The notes beneath the pieces are model-generated. The model was not told the origin of the DNA and searched no databases. It saw nothing but the letters and a program-made list of their open reading frames with translations. The translations under genes were made by a program, and so were the position numbers. From positions 9,052,001-9,116,000 of the forward strand of contig JBHGNT010000007.1 of assembly GCA_043228905.1 (NCBI GenBank): 64,000 nt of DNA, read 5' to 3'. This DNA is from Azolla caroliniana. Its lineage: Eukaryota; Plantae; Polypodiophyta. Shown one piece after another: positions 24,492 to 36,197 of this stretch. Position 1 is the first letter of the stretch; each line of letters opens with the position of its first letter.

Positions 24492-26311
24492 TGTTGTCGA
24501 CTCGATCCATCGGGTCTACTCAAGTTTTGCTAGTGGTGCCTACCTACCGCACTCCCAACCCTAAGGGGTGGCTCGGACCACACGGTTCCTCCTCTACAAG
24601 AAGAAGAAGAAGAAGTTGTGGTTGCAAAAGGAGAAAGAAGATAGAAGAAAAAAAAGAAAAAACAAGAAGAAGATAGAAGAAAATGAAGAAAAAATAATAG
24701 AAAGTAAACTGAGAATGAGGAGAGAAACACTTACTATTCTCAATAGAACACTGCCACACCCTTACATCCCAAAAAGGGCATATATATATATATATATACA
24801 TGGTTTGGTTGACCCATCCCATTTCACACCGGGTAGGCCAATAACACCTGCACACCTATGGGATAGTGCAAAAATGCACGGCCAAACCTAAAAACCCTTG
24901 ATATGTGGTAATTTAGCAAAACGTAAAACAATTCATGAAATAAAGAACTGTACAAAGCTTGTAGCAGTCATCGTGGACAACTTATCCAACAAGTTGTGAC
25001 TATAGGTGTGGTTGGGGGGTCCAAAGATGGAGGGCCAATTGTGGAGTCAGCCTTGGCGGGATGACTCTGTATAAAGGGGTTGGGTGGCACCGCGCCATTG
25101 TACAGCTTGAGCGTAAAACCATTCACCCACGTCGGTAGGACTTGACCATCTAAGGTGCCGAGCTGAAATGCGCCTGCACGTGTATTGGTGATCCAAAACA
25201 GCCCCAACCACCACAATTTGAGTTTCCTGGCATAAACCCAGAGCGTGTGGAGAAAACAAGGGCGGGTGTTCCCACCTGCAAAGTTGTCGCGTTGTGGTGG
25301 CCATGGCGGTCGACGAAGACCTTGCGCTGCAATTGTTGTCGTTCTAGTCTTGGTTGATTGTGGAATCTCTCCTCGTCCAAGCGGAGCAACTGTTCTGCCT
25401 GCGCGATCCGCAATTCATCTTCCGGAAAATGCCCCTGCACTTGAATGCGTAGATTGGGAACCTCGAACTCAATGGGCATGACAGCTTCTAGGCCGTATGC
25501 GAGGTGGAATGGCGTGGAGCCAATGCTTGTCTTGTAACTGATACAATACGCCCAAAGTGTCGATTGGAGTTTGCGGTCCCAATCCATTCGATGCTCGTTA
25601 ACGATTTTGTGGAGAATGCTTTGGAGTATCTTGTTCGTGCTCTCCTCTAATCCATTTTCTTGGGGATAGTGCGACGTACTCCTCCTATGCACGACTGCAT
25701 AGTGGGAGGTAAGGTTGGCAACAACGTCATTAATGAAATGAGGCCCTTGGTCGCTAACTAGTTCAATCAGGCAGCCGAACCGACACCATATGCACTCGTA
25801 TAAAAAAAATTGTGGTCGATTTTGTCATGTTATCGCGCAAGGCCTTTACTTCGACCCACTTGGTGCAATAGTTCATTGCCACAAGGATGTACACATTACC
25901 GGTTTGTGCGACTGAGGGTTTGAATGGATCCATGAAATCCAAACCCCACTTCTGGAACAGCTCGAGCGGTAACACTTGGTGATGTGGCATACAAGCCGAT
26001 TCATGAGGTTGGCCAATGCGTTGGCAGGCGTCGCAAGACTTGGCGAAGGCCACGGCATCACGACTGACCGTTGGCCACCAAAGGCTGCTTTACCAGACCT
26101 TGCGGGCGAAGACGTCCCCTGCGTAGTGACCTCCTGCTATCCCGACGTGGTAGGCAGTGAGAATAGTGGTTATTTCATGGTGGCGGACTGCCCTACGCTA
26201 GATACCATTTGCCGAGTGAAAGTAGAGGATGTCGTCCAACAATCGAAAATTACAGTTGCGTGTTGCCAATTGTTTCCGCTCATCACTGGAGAGGTGTGGC
26301 GGCGACACCCC
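24492..26311 (-). mobile_element. Older non-chromovirus gypsy X: integrase and 3' LTR (24492-24991)
   Basis: Degraded integrase (QKWGLDF, YCTKWVE, YPQENGLEE, GLEAVMPIEF, QLGTLDGQVLPTWVNGFTLK) homologous to element A; minus-strand LTR reads TGTTGGA...GACAACA. Confidence 0.85.
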
Positions 26312-29300
26312 TCGAGTCGTATTGGCATTGCGGTCTTGTAGAGGATGCCGCAATCCATTGTGCCGCTCACGTATCGTAGAACTCGCTTAGCGCAATCCAA
26401 GTGAGTATCACAAGGTGTTTGCATGAATTGGCTAAGGAGACGGACCGGATGACTGAGATTGGGTCGTGTGATCGTGAGGTAGATGAGACTCCTAATGAGT
26501 TGCTGATATTGAGTCGGCTCACACACTTTGGTGGCGGAGTTCGCATCGAGTTTGAGATTGTGATCGAGCGGGGTTGCCGCGGATTTGCACTCAACCATAC
26601 CGAACTTGTATAACAAGTTGAGGATGTAGTGCCATTGAGAAATCATGATTCCGGCCAGAGTCCGAATTACCTCGATGCCGAGGAAGTAGTGGAGCTCCTT
26701 CATGTCCGTCATCTCGAACTTGTCGGAAAGGAGGGATTTGACCTTATTGATTTCGACGATATGCTCACCTCCAATGACTAGGTCATCCACATAAAATGAT
26801 GATGATCGGACTTGCGGAATCGCTTCGTATGTAGAGGGAGTTGTCTGATTTTGACATACGGAAGCCAATTTGATGAAGATATTGCGTTATCGTCGAATGC
26901 CAAGCACGCGGTGCTTGCTTGAGGCCGTAGAGAGGCTTCTTGAGTCGGCAAACAGCTTTCGGATGGGTGCTCGAGTTGAAGCCAGGTGGTTGTATCATGT
27001 ACACCTCCTCTTCTAATTCGCCTTGTAGAAAGGCGTTCTTAACGTCCATTTGATGGAGGTGCCACCCTTTCGTCGCGGCAAGCGCAATTACAGTCCGCAC
27101 CGTTGTCATCTTTGCCATCGGGGCAAAGGTCTCTTCGTAGTCGACGCCATGCGTCTGAGCGTATCCTTTCGCTACGAGTCGAGCTTTGTAGCTGTTTACG
27201 GAGCCATCGACATTATACTTCACCTTGTAGATCCATCTGCATCCGATCGCCTTTTTGTGTGGTGAGGTGGGAACGAGATCCCATGTCTCGTTCTTCCGTA
27301 GTGCCTACATCTCTTCGTTCATTGCTTCGATCCATTGCGGGTCCGTCGCGGCTTCCGAAAAGGTTTCTGGCTCCCGTACTGTCGCTACCTTCATCATAAA
27401 GGCGTAATGGTATGCCATATACTCGTTGTAGCCGAATCGGCTTACGGGGTTCTTTTCACGAGTGGATCGGCGGAGCTTTTCATTTGCAGAGATGAGGGTT
27501 TTCTTAGCTCCGATTGGTACATCGAAGCCGCCGAACTCACTATCAAGTGAGTGAGTCGATTCATCGTCGTCGAGGCGATCGTCTTCATATTCCGCCATTT
27601 TCGCCTTGCCTTTGTCCATCTTCGGGCTAGGCTGTGATGTGCTTTGATCGCTCAAAGGCTCTTGTGGTTCGCTCAATCAGGTCGTGATTGGACTTTCTTC
27701 GATCATGCGCATAGGGCGATCTTCATCCTCGATCTCTTGTTCGGCAAATTCCGGGTCGAACGGAGGCGAAGTTGTCTCTGGTGCGTACCAGGATGCGAAC
27801 TCGTCAAAAACGACGTCTCGACTTACTCGAGATTTTCGAGTTGAGGGGTTGTAGCACTTGTACCCCTTTTGTTCAAGTGAGTATCCTACGAGGATACATT
27901 TCTCCGACTTCGGGTCTAGCTTTTGACACTTCTCGTCAGGGATGTGCACGTACGCTATCGCGCCAAATATCCGGATATGCGATAAGTCCAGCTTCCTTCC
28001 GAAGTATTTTTCATGCGGAGTGACCTCGTACACGCTGGATGTTGTGCACTGGTTCATTAGGTAGATGGTCGTATTTGCAACTTCAGCCCAATATGACTTG
28101 GGCATATGCTTCTCGTTCATCATGGTCTGTGCTACCTCGAGGATGTGCCGATTTTTGCGCTCGGCTACTCCGTTTTGTTGTGGAGTGTGTCGGCAAGTGA
28201 ATTCTCGCCGAATTCCTTCCTTTCGGAGATACGCCGTGAAATCGTCTGAGAAGTACTCCTTGCCGCCATCCAATCGAAGGCATCGTACATGTCGGCCCGT
28301 GGCTTTCTCGACTTCATTCTTGAACTTTTGGAAGTGTCCGAACACTTCGCTCTTTTGCCGCATCGGATAGATCCAAGTGTGCCTAGAAAAGTCGTCGATG
28401 AAGAGCACGTAATATCGGCATCTGCCGAATGTCGCCGTTTGAGCCGAACCCCATACATCGGAATGAATTACGTCGAGTACGCCTTTGCTCACATTCCGCT
28501 CCTTCGGAAATGGGTGTTAGTGTTGCTTGCCGAATTGGCATGCTTCGCATACACCTTCAATCTCCTTCTCTTTGAATGTTGGGAGTTCGATGACGACTCC
28601 TTTCGATTTCATTGCTTTGAGTTTGTTGAGATTGATGTGGCCGATTCTCTTATGCCATAGCTCTATGTCGGAGTCAGCTTTCGTGCTTTTCGCGAACATG
28701 GCGGATTTCATCTCGTGCGAATCGAGAATGAACATCTGGCCCTCTCTTCTTCCGTGTGCAATGATTCGGCCTTCTTTTTCGATGAAGCACCCTTCTTGGT
28801 CGAATCGTACTTGCATCCCTTGCTCAACCATTTGGCCGACCGAGACCAAATTCTTTGTGATGGTGGGAACATGCAAGACATTTTTAATGTATGTTTGCTT
28901 ACCTCTTTCGCCGAACGGAACATTGCCGATGTGCCGAATCGGGTGCGTAGTGTCATCTCCGGTTTCGACATAACCGGGTCGCTCCGGCTCTCGAAGTTCG
29001 AGAAACCATTCTTTGTGGGATGTCATATGGTTTGAGGCTCCGGAGTCAACAAACCATACATCCTCCGGATTGAGGGCACTAGTTGAGATAGAGGCCGACA
29101 TAGAGTTTGCTCTATGTTTCATCATGAACATTCCGCCATGGTCGGAGTTGTATGCGTATATTCCGTCACGATCCTCGTAGTCGGAGTTGTGCCCATACAT
29201 TCCGCTATACTCTTCGTAGTCGGAATTGTGCGCGTAATTCGTGAGTTGTCGGCTTGTGGAAGCCGATTCACGCATCTTCTTTCGGCACTCTTCTTTGTGG

Positions 29301-30109
29301 TGGTCGAGCTTTCCGCAATATCCGCATTCGGTTGCGTTTTGACGGCTCAGGCCGGAGTGGAAGCTCCCCCTTCTTGTGAATGTTCCTCATTGGCCTCCGT
29401 TTTGCGGCCGAAATTGGGAGTTGTTGTCGTAGGTCGGACCTCGTCCGCCTTGTCCTTGGCCGAATGGGCCTCTCGCTCTTCCGCGTCCTCTTCCTCCATT
29501 AGCGTGCGTGTAGAGCATGTGGCTTTCCGACTCATTGCTCCTTGTACGCATGTGGTTTTCTTCGACCAATAGCATTGATTGGAGCTCGAAGAAGGAGGGA
29601 GATTTCTCCCGTGCTAGAACGGCGGTTCACATCGCGCCGAACCGTGGTGCGAGGCCGCCGAGGCTTATTTGTACCATCTCATCATCATCTATACTTACGC
29701 TTATTGAGCCGAGCGAGTCGCAAAGCTCCTTGATCTTCAAGGTGTATGTCGTGATGGACATGTCCCTTTGTTGAATGTTGTTCAACTCTTGGTGGAGTTG
29801 AAGCTTCCTCGCGGTTGTGTTGGCGGCGAAAATCTTTCGTAGATTTTCCCACGCTTCCTTCGGTGTCTTGGCTTCTCGAATGTAACCGAGCATGTGGTCG
29901 TGAACACATGTCGCCAAACAATACATCACGCGGCTTGCGGCTTGCTCCCATGTCGCATATCCGGGAGCCGCTTCGGCGGGTCGGTCTTCATGCGCTCCTT
30001 TGATGTAGCTCCAATAGCCTTGTCCGATAAGGTATTGGTGCATCTTGTACTCCCAAGATGCGAAGTTGTTTCGATCCAACTTCTCGGTAGGGAGAGCGCT
30101 CCCCATTTG
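26307..30109 (-). pseudogene. Ty1/copia element Y gag-pol (gag, Zn knuckle, PR, IN, RT; 3' end deleted)
   Basis: ATG at 30106 (MGSALPTEKLDRNNFASWEYKM), CGYCGKLDHHKEEC, WFVDSGASNHM, LWHKRIGH, IHSDVWG, YKARLVAKGY, YVDDL; several stops and frameshifts. Confidence 0.93.
29135..29242 (-). repeat. 39-bp coding repeat (x3) between copia Zn knuckle and protease
   Basis: NYAHNSDYEEYSG / MYGHNSDYEDRDG / IYAYNSDHGG. Confidence 0.8.
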
Positions 30110-30650
30110 TGTCGTGACTCTTGAGTAGGAAGCAGAGAGAGAGCGATGGCGATAGAGATAACGATAACGATAGAGATGGCGAGAGCGGTAGAGATAGCGA
30201 TAGTGATAGCAAAAGAGAGTGAAAGAGGGAGAGAGTGCAAGAGAGAGAAAAGTATACGTGAGAGATAAGAAATGGGAATGAGATTATATTATGAGGAAGA
30301 AGATTACAAGGAGTAGGCTAAGGGCTAAAGACTGGTGTTGAACCGAATGAGTTGTGATGAGTGTATGGACTCTTATTTATAGGCCCTTATGGAGTATTCT
30401 AGAATGTTCTAGAATATTTTAGATATTTATGAATAATAATAATAATAAATATAATCATGAAATATTCAAGAACATTCTAGAATAATCTAGAATGTTCTAA
30501 ATATCTCGTAATAACTAAACATATAATTATTATGATTACATCTCACATATGTTATTACAATGGTTAAAGTACAATATGTAAACCAAGAGGTTATGGGTTC
30601 GATTCCTGGTTCGCCAAGATGAATGTCATGATAAGCCAAGATGTATGTCT

Positions 30651-33600
30651 TCATGACATTATCCCCCCTTTTCGATGACGAGTTGCACGAGTCGGAAGAA
30701 AAGAGTTCAGACTTGGTTTATGAGGATATTGGTTGTGAAATGCAACAACCATGTCGGAGGCATTGGCAAGATGTTCGGCAGGCTCCCATGTTCGATCATT
30801 AGGTGTATAGCCTAACCAATCAACCAAGTAGTATAGTTTGTTGCGAATGATCTTGGAGTCGAGGATAGCGGCAACCTCATATTCAGAGCCATTGTAAACG
30901 TCAATTGGAGGTGGGGGAGGTGTAACACGACCCGGAATAGAGCTCGTTGTGTAGGGCTCCAAAAGTGAAACATGGAAGACCGGGTGAAGACGCATATGAG
31001 GAGGAAGATCAAGACGAAATGTCACATCATTGATCTTACCACTTATGACATATGGGCCAAAACGTTGATAATCCAATTTGTAGCAAGGTCGGGTCGTTTT
31101 AATGCTACCTTGTAAGAGCCATACACGATCGCCTACTTGAAATGTAGTCGATGAATCACGCCGATGACGGTCAGCAATCTTCTTTTGAGTGTTTTGGGCT
31201 TCACATAAATGATGCAAAAGCATATCCTGAACTTCTTGGAGTCGAGTGAGCCGATCTTCAGCAGCTGGGTTTTTTGGGAGTTCAGGATGTTCAAGCATCG
31301 TCCAACGAGGATGGTACCCAATGTTTGCAAAAAATGGGGAATATCCAGTAGAAGAATGCTCGGAGTTGTTATAAGCAAATTCTGCCAAAGGTAGTAAATC
31401 CACCCAATCATCTTGTTGATAGTTGACAAAACAACGTAGATATTGCTCGACTGTTTGGTTGGTGCGCTCACTCTGCCCATTAGTCTCTGGATGGTAGCCG
31501 GAAGAGAGTTTACAAGAAGTATGTAAGAGTTTGAACATGTGCCGCCAAAATTTCGAGATGAATTGGGGACCCCGATCACTGATAATATCATCCGGAAGAC
31601 CATGATGGCGAAACACCTCCCGCATGAGTAAATCAGCTGTCTCTTGACTAGTAATGGTCTTTGTGCATGGAAGGAAATGTGCCATCTTCGTAAAACGATC
31701 GACAACCGTGAGAATCGAATCAAATCCCTTGGAAGGTGGAAGATCCGTAATAAAGTCCAAGGAAATAGATTTCCATGGGCTCTCCGGAATAGGCATTGGC
31801 TGTAATAAGCCATATGGATGATGTCGAGGCTTTTTTGATCGGCAACATGTATCACAGCTACGAACATAATCCGTAACAAAATGGCGAAGCCGTGGCCACC
31901 AATATCGGCGAGAAATCAACTCAAAAGTCTTGTGGATGCCGAAGTGTCCCGCCATTGGTGTGTCATGACATTGTTGCATGACTTTGAGTCGAGAAGGACC
32001 GTCAGGCACATACAAGAGAGTTTGTCGAAAAAGTAACCCATCATGCCAACTAAACTGGGTGTAGTCTAGACGAGGATTTTGAGTTTGGGAGCTAGATGCA
32101 CGATTTGGGATAATATGGCTCAAAACCTCTTGGGCGAACACATCAGTCGCAATCTGCTCACGAATGGAATCAAGAAGCCTTGAATCTCCCGGTGTGTTGA
32201 TGGTATGCATTGCCATTATTCGTAGACGATCAGGACCTAAGAGGATTTGCTTTTGGCTTTCAAATGCGGCCTCTCCAGGTTGAAGTTCCATATACGAACG
32301 TCTAGATAAAGCATCTGCTTTTCCTTGTTGCATCCCAGGGCGATATAGAATTACAAAATCGAAACGAGTTAAGAACTGCGCCCAACGAGCTTGTCGTCGA
32401 TTCAAGACTCGAGCACTTTGAAAGTATGTTAGATTTTTATGATCATTGTAGACAATAATCTGCTGAGAAGAACCCTCCAGAAAATGACGCCATTGTTGAA
32501 AAGAATCCACAATGGCAAGAAGCTCTTTGTCGTGAATCTCATAGTTGATTTCTGCGGCTTCAAATTTTCGTGAGTGAAAAGCCACCGGGTGCAGTTCACC
32601 ATCATCACCAATTTGGGATAGTACACTTCCAAGTGCGAAATCCGATGCATCAGCTTCAAGTATAAAGCGCCTCATTGGATCGACATGGATTAAGATTGGT
32701 GCGGATGTAAATGCTTGCTTTAAACCCTCAAATGCAGAGTTCGCATCTATACTCCATACAAATGGTCGATTCTTGTGCGTCAGTTGAGTGAGGGGCAACA
32801 CAATTTTTGAATAATCTTTGATGAACTTGCGATAAAAGTTTGCGAACCCCAAAAAACATTGCACATCTCGCACGGACTGTGGTGTTTGCCAATCCAAAAT
32901 TGTTTGAACCTTTGATGGATCCATAGAGATGCCATTTGAAGAGACTATGTACCCCAAAAACTCCACTTGACATTGGTCGAAACTACACTTCTCCAATTTT
33001 GCATAGAGACCATACTCTCATAGCCGTTGCAAAACTTGGTGAACATGTATATCATGTTCTTCTTGAGTTTTTGAGTAGATCAAGATATCATCCAGGTAAA
33101 CAATGATGAAGATATCGAGGAAGTCTCGAAAAATATCATTCGCCATATGTTGGAAGACTGCTGGTGCATTCGTGAGGCCAAAAGGCATCACTGTGTACTC
33201 AAAATGACCATAGCGAGTGCGGAACGCCGTCTTCCATTCATCCCCAGGACGAATTCGAACAAGGTTGTAGGCACCTCGAAGATCTAACTTCGTGAAATAC
33301 TTTGCTTCACTGAGGCGTTCTAGAAGGCTTGAGATCAATGGGAGAGCATATCGGTTTCTAACGGTCACTTTATTCAAGCCTCGATAATCCACGACCATAC
33401 GAAGCGTACCATCTTTCTTCTTAACGAAAAAGATGGGTGCACCAGCAGGAGATTTTGAATGTTGGATAAAACCATTTGCCAAGTTCTCATTGATATATTC
33501 TCGAAGAACCTCTAACTCCGTGGGCGAAAGATTATAAATTGGTCCCCATGGAGGCTCTTTTCCTGGCTGCAAATCAATTGGGCAATCATATGGTCGATGC

Positions 33601-34290
33601 TCTGGTAGTCTATTAGCCTTCACCTTATCGAACACATCGGAGAATTCTATGTACTTCTTTGGTAGTTGGACCCCCAATTCTTGTGAGCTAGATGAGGGAG
33701 TTGCTAAAACCGCAAATACCATCATGTCTTCCTTTCTTCCATCCTCTCGTAATTTATGTATAGAGATTGTTGAAATTGTGGGGGATCCTAGATCCTTAGT
33801 TGGAGCTTCAAGAGACTTGGATTGTACGGTGACCTCTTCAATAGTTCTTTTTCTCCAATCAATGGTTGGGTTATGTAACTCAAACCAAGGAAGACCAAGA
33901 ACTAGAGAGTGCTCCGGACTACTAATGATGTTAAAGGAGATGACACTAGCCAAATTACCTAAGACTACACGAATTGGTTCAGACTCTTCGACTATATCTC
34001 CTGATGCTATAGGGCGACCATCGATGACTCCTACAGCTACTGGGTTTGGGAGTTTTTTCAAGTTGATGTTTTGAGTCAATGCAAACTCGCGATCCATGAA
34101 ACAAGAATTGGCTCCGGAATCTAGGAGGGCAGAGGCTAGGGCGCGATGATCTGTAGATGTGCTAAGCTCGACTTGTGCAGAAAAAACTCTACTAACTTGA
34201 TTTGATGAAATGGAACCACAACTAGGTACTGACTCTACATAACTAGGATGGTCCAACCAAATGGCTCCTATTTTGGCCGGACTTATTCGT
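30651..34290 (-). pseudogene. pol of chromovirus Z (PR-RT-RH-IN-chromodomain), one in-frame stop at 33018-33020
   Basis: LLDSGA, YLDDIL, EADASD, SLDFIT...SDRGPQF, GPY, chromodomain YEVAAILDSK...YYLVDWLGY...TWEP; ORFs 33018-34256 and 30651-32996 are in the same frame. Confidence 0.95.
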
Positions 34291-35410
34291 TTAACACATC
34301 CTCTAGTTGGCTCAAGACATCAAATCTATTCTCATGGCATGGGCTATTAGGCTTAGTACTTAAGTTATTAGAAGTGATAGTAGAACTTGATGTAGGGTTG
34401 TCATGTGCACTTACTTGGTAAACTTGACGCCTGGGTTTATGTGGACAATTCACAGCTATATGTCCTGGACCACCACAGTAGAGGCATAGGCGATGCGTCC
34501 GACGTCGTTGTTTCTCAGCATCTGATAAGGGCCCTCGACGTTGTGTCGACTCTATTTCCATCGGAGTGGGACCATCCCTCGTAACGGGTCTAGAACCTTG
34601 TGGCGGTGTGGCGACTATAGAAGCGTATGTCTGTTCCGGTTGGCGGCGTAACATTTGTTGACGTTCAGAACGTCGCTCAAATAGGCGATTATCACATCGC
34701 ACAGCTCGGCTAATAGCTTCAGTAAGAGACTTTGGATCTTCATGGAAAGTAAGAAGAAGATCTTTGACATCGTTACGCAAACCCTGACGGAATTGATCCA
34801 TTAAGGCTGCCTCATCCCAAGGGATGTCGCATGCCAAGAGACGGAAATCTGCGGCATAAGCTGAAGCGGGACGATCTCCTTGTCGGAGTCTTCGAATCTT
34901 GTTTATTGCAGTCCTAGTGCTATCCGTATCTCCAAAACTAGCTTGAAACTCCTTAACGAATGCCTCGAAATCCTCCAGTAATGGTGATTTCTTCTCAAGA
35001 AGTGGTGCAAACCATGCTAACGCTGTACCGCTTAGCAAGGTTCCTATTAATCCCACACGGGCAGCATCAGTTGGATACCGATTGGGATGTAACTGAATCA
35101 CCAAACGAACTTGATTCAGGAAACCTCGAAAGAGAGATCTGGTACCATCAAACTTGGCAGGGAGGCTAATCTTTGGTTCCCTTGGGGAGTTTTGAACCCC
35201 CGCCGCTTGTTCTCGTAATGTTAGTATAGTAGCCTCAAGTTGATGAACCCGTTGTGATAACTCCTCATATTGATGAGCTTTCTCAGTACTGACTTGTTGA
35301 AGATCCCCGAGTAGCCTTTGATTTTCTTGCTCTAATGCCACAAACTTAGTGGTGAGCATATCGAGCTCCGAAAGGACACGCATATACTCTTGCTTGCTGA
35401 CCGACTCCAT
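34283..35410 (-). CDS. gag of chromovirus Z (375 aa)
   Basis: Intact ORF: coiled coil, PAKFDG...[15 protein letters not shown] (Ty3/PEG10-like capsid), Zn knuckle [14 protein letters not shown]. Confidence 0.93.
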   Translation of the reverse strand: MESVSKQEYMRVLSELDMLTTKFVALEQENQRLLGDLQQVSTEKAHQYEELSQRVHQLEATILTLREQAAGVQNSPREPKISLPAKFDGTRSLFRGFLNQVRLVIQLHPNRYPTDAARVGLIGTLLSGTALAWFAPLLEKKSPLLEDFEAFVKEFQASFGDTDSTRTAINKIRRLRQGDRPASAYAADFRLLACDIPWDEAALMDQFRQGLRNDVKDLLLTFHEDPKSLTEAISRAVRCDNRLFERRSERQQMLRRQPEQTYASIVATPPQGSRPVTRDGPTPMEIESTQRRGPLSDAEKQRRRTHRLCLYCGGPGHIAVNCPHKPRRQVYQVSAHDNPTSSSTITSNNLSTKPNSPCHENRFDVLSQLEDVLNE

Positions 35411-35482
35411 AACCGCGGGGGAAAAAGAAAGAAGGATAAAGAAGAAAGCTTGCTAGGGTTATTGGAGAAAGGGAAAAGAAAT

Positions 35483-35493
35483 ATTCGGTTCAA
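35483..35493 (-). promoter_or_regulatory. Self-priming PBS (Tf1-type) of element Z
   Basis: Minus-strand TTGAACCGAAT, 2 nt after the 5' LTR, is complementary to ATTCGGTTCAA in the LTR (35734-35724), about 33 nt downstream of TATAAATA. Confidence 0.85.
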
Positions 35494-36049
35494 ACTGTCG
35501 TGACTCTTGAGTAGGAAGCAGAGAGAGAGCGATGGCGATAGAGATAACGATAACGATAGAGATGGCGAGAGCGGTAGAGATAGCGATAGTGATAGCAAAA
35601 GAGAGTGAAAGAGGGAGAGAGTGCGAGAGAGAGAAAAGTATACGTGAGAGATAAGAAATGGGAATGAGATTATATTATGAGGAAGAAGATTACAAGGAGT
35701 AGGCTAAGGGCTAAAGACTGGTGTTGAACCGAATGAGTTGTGATGAGTGTATGGACTCTTATTTATAGGCCCTTATGGAGTATTCTAGAATGTTCTAGAA
35801 TATTTTAGATATTTATGAATAATAATAATAATAAATATAATCATGAAATATTCAAGAACATTCTAGAATAATCTAGAATGTTCTAAATATCTCGTAATAA
35901 CTAAACATATAATTATTATGATTACATCTCACATATGTTATTACAATGGTTAAAGTACAATATGTAAACCAAGAGGTTATGGGTTCGATTCCTGGTTCGC
36001 CAAGATGAATGTCATGATAAGCCAAGATGTATGTCTTCATGACAATTTG

Positions 36050-36192
36050 AGTATTCATTATGTCGATTCTTCTTCTTCTTCTTCTCTCTTCGAATGAGAG
36101 CTATGTAACGAAGCTACGATAGCTATGAGCCGGTTCTTGGTCGTCGGCGTAGAGCACAACACACGATCACGATGAGGCAAATGGGCTAGATC
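36050..36192 (-). mobile_element. 5' leader remnant of copia Y between insertions Z and D
   Basis: Lies between TSDs ATTTG and GAGCT; removing both insertions joins the PBS (41609) to the gag ATG (30106). Confidence 0.8.
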
Positions 36193-36197
36193 GAGCT

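Larger units (their letters stand above)
30110..36044 (-). mobile_element. Complete, young chromovirus (Tcn1-like Ty3/gypsy) element Z
   Basis: 549-bp LTRs 30110-30658 and 35496-36044 (one substitution seen); TSD ATTTG at 30105-30109 and 36045-36049; PPT aaaagggggataa; chromodomain at the integrase C-terminus. Confidence 0.97.

Noticed and set aside
26170-26868. 232-aa ORF as a novel fusion protein
   Set aside because: Accidental read-through across a copia/gypsy deletion junction; the gypsy part is out of frame.
30545-30616. Functional tRNA gene
   Set aside because: Acceptor and anticodon stems do not pair well and it lies within an LTR; kept only as a tRNA-like cassette.
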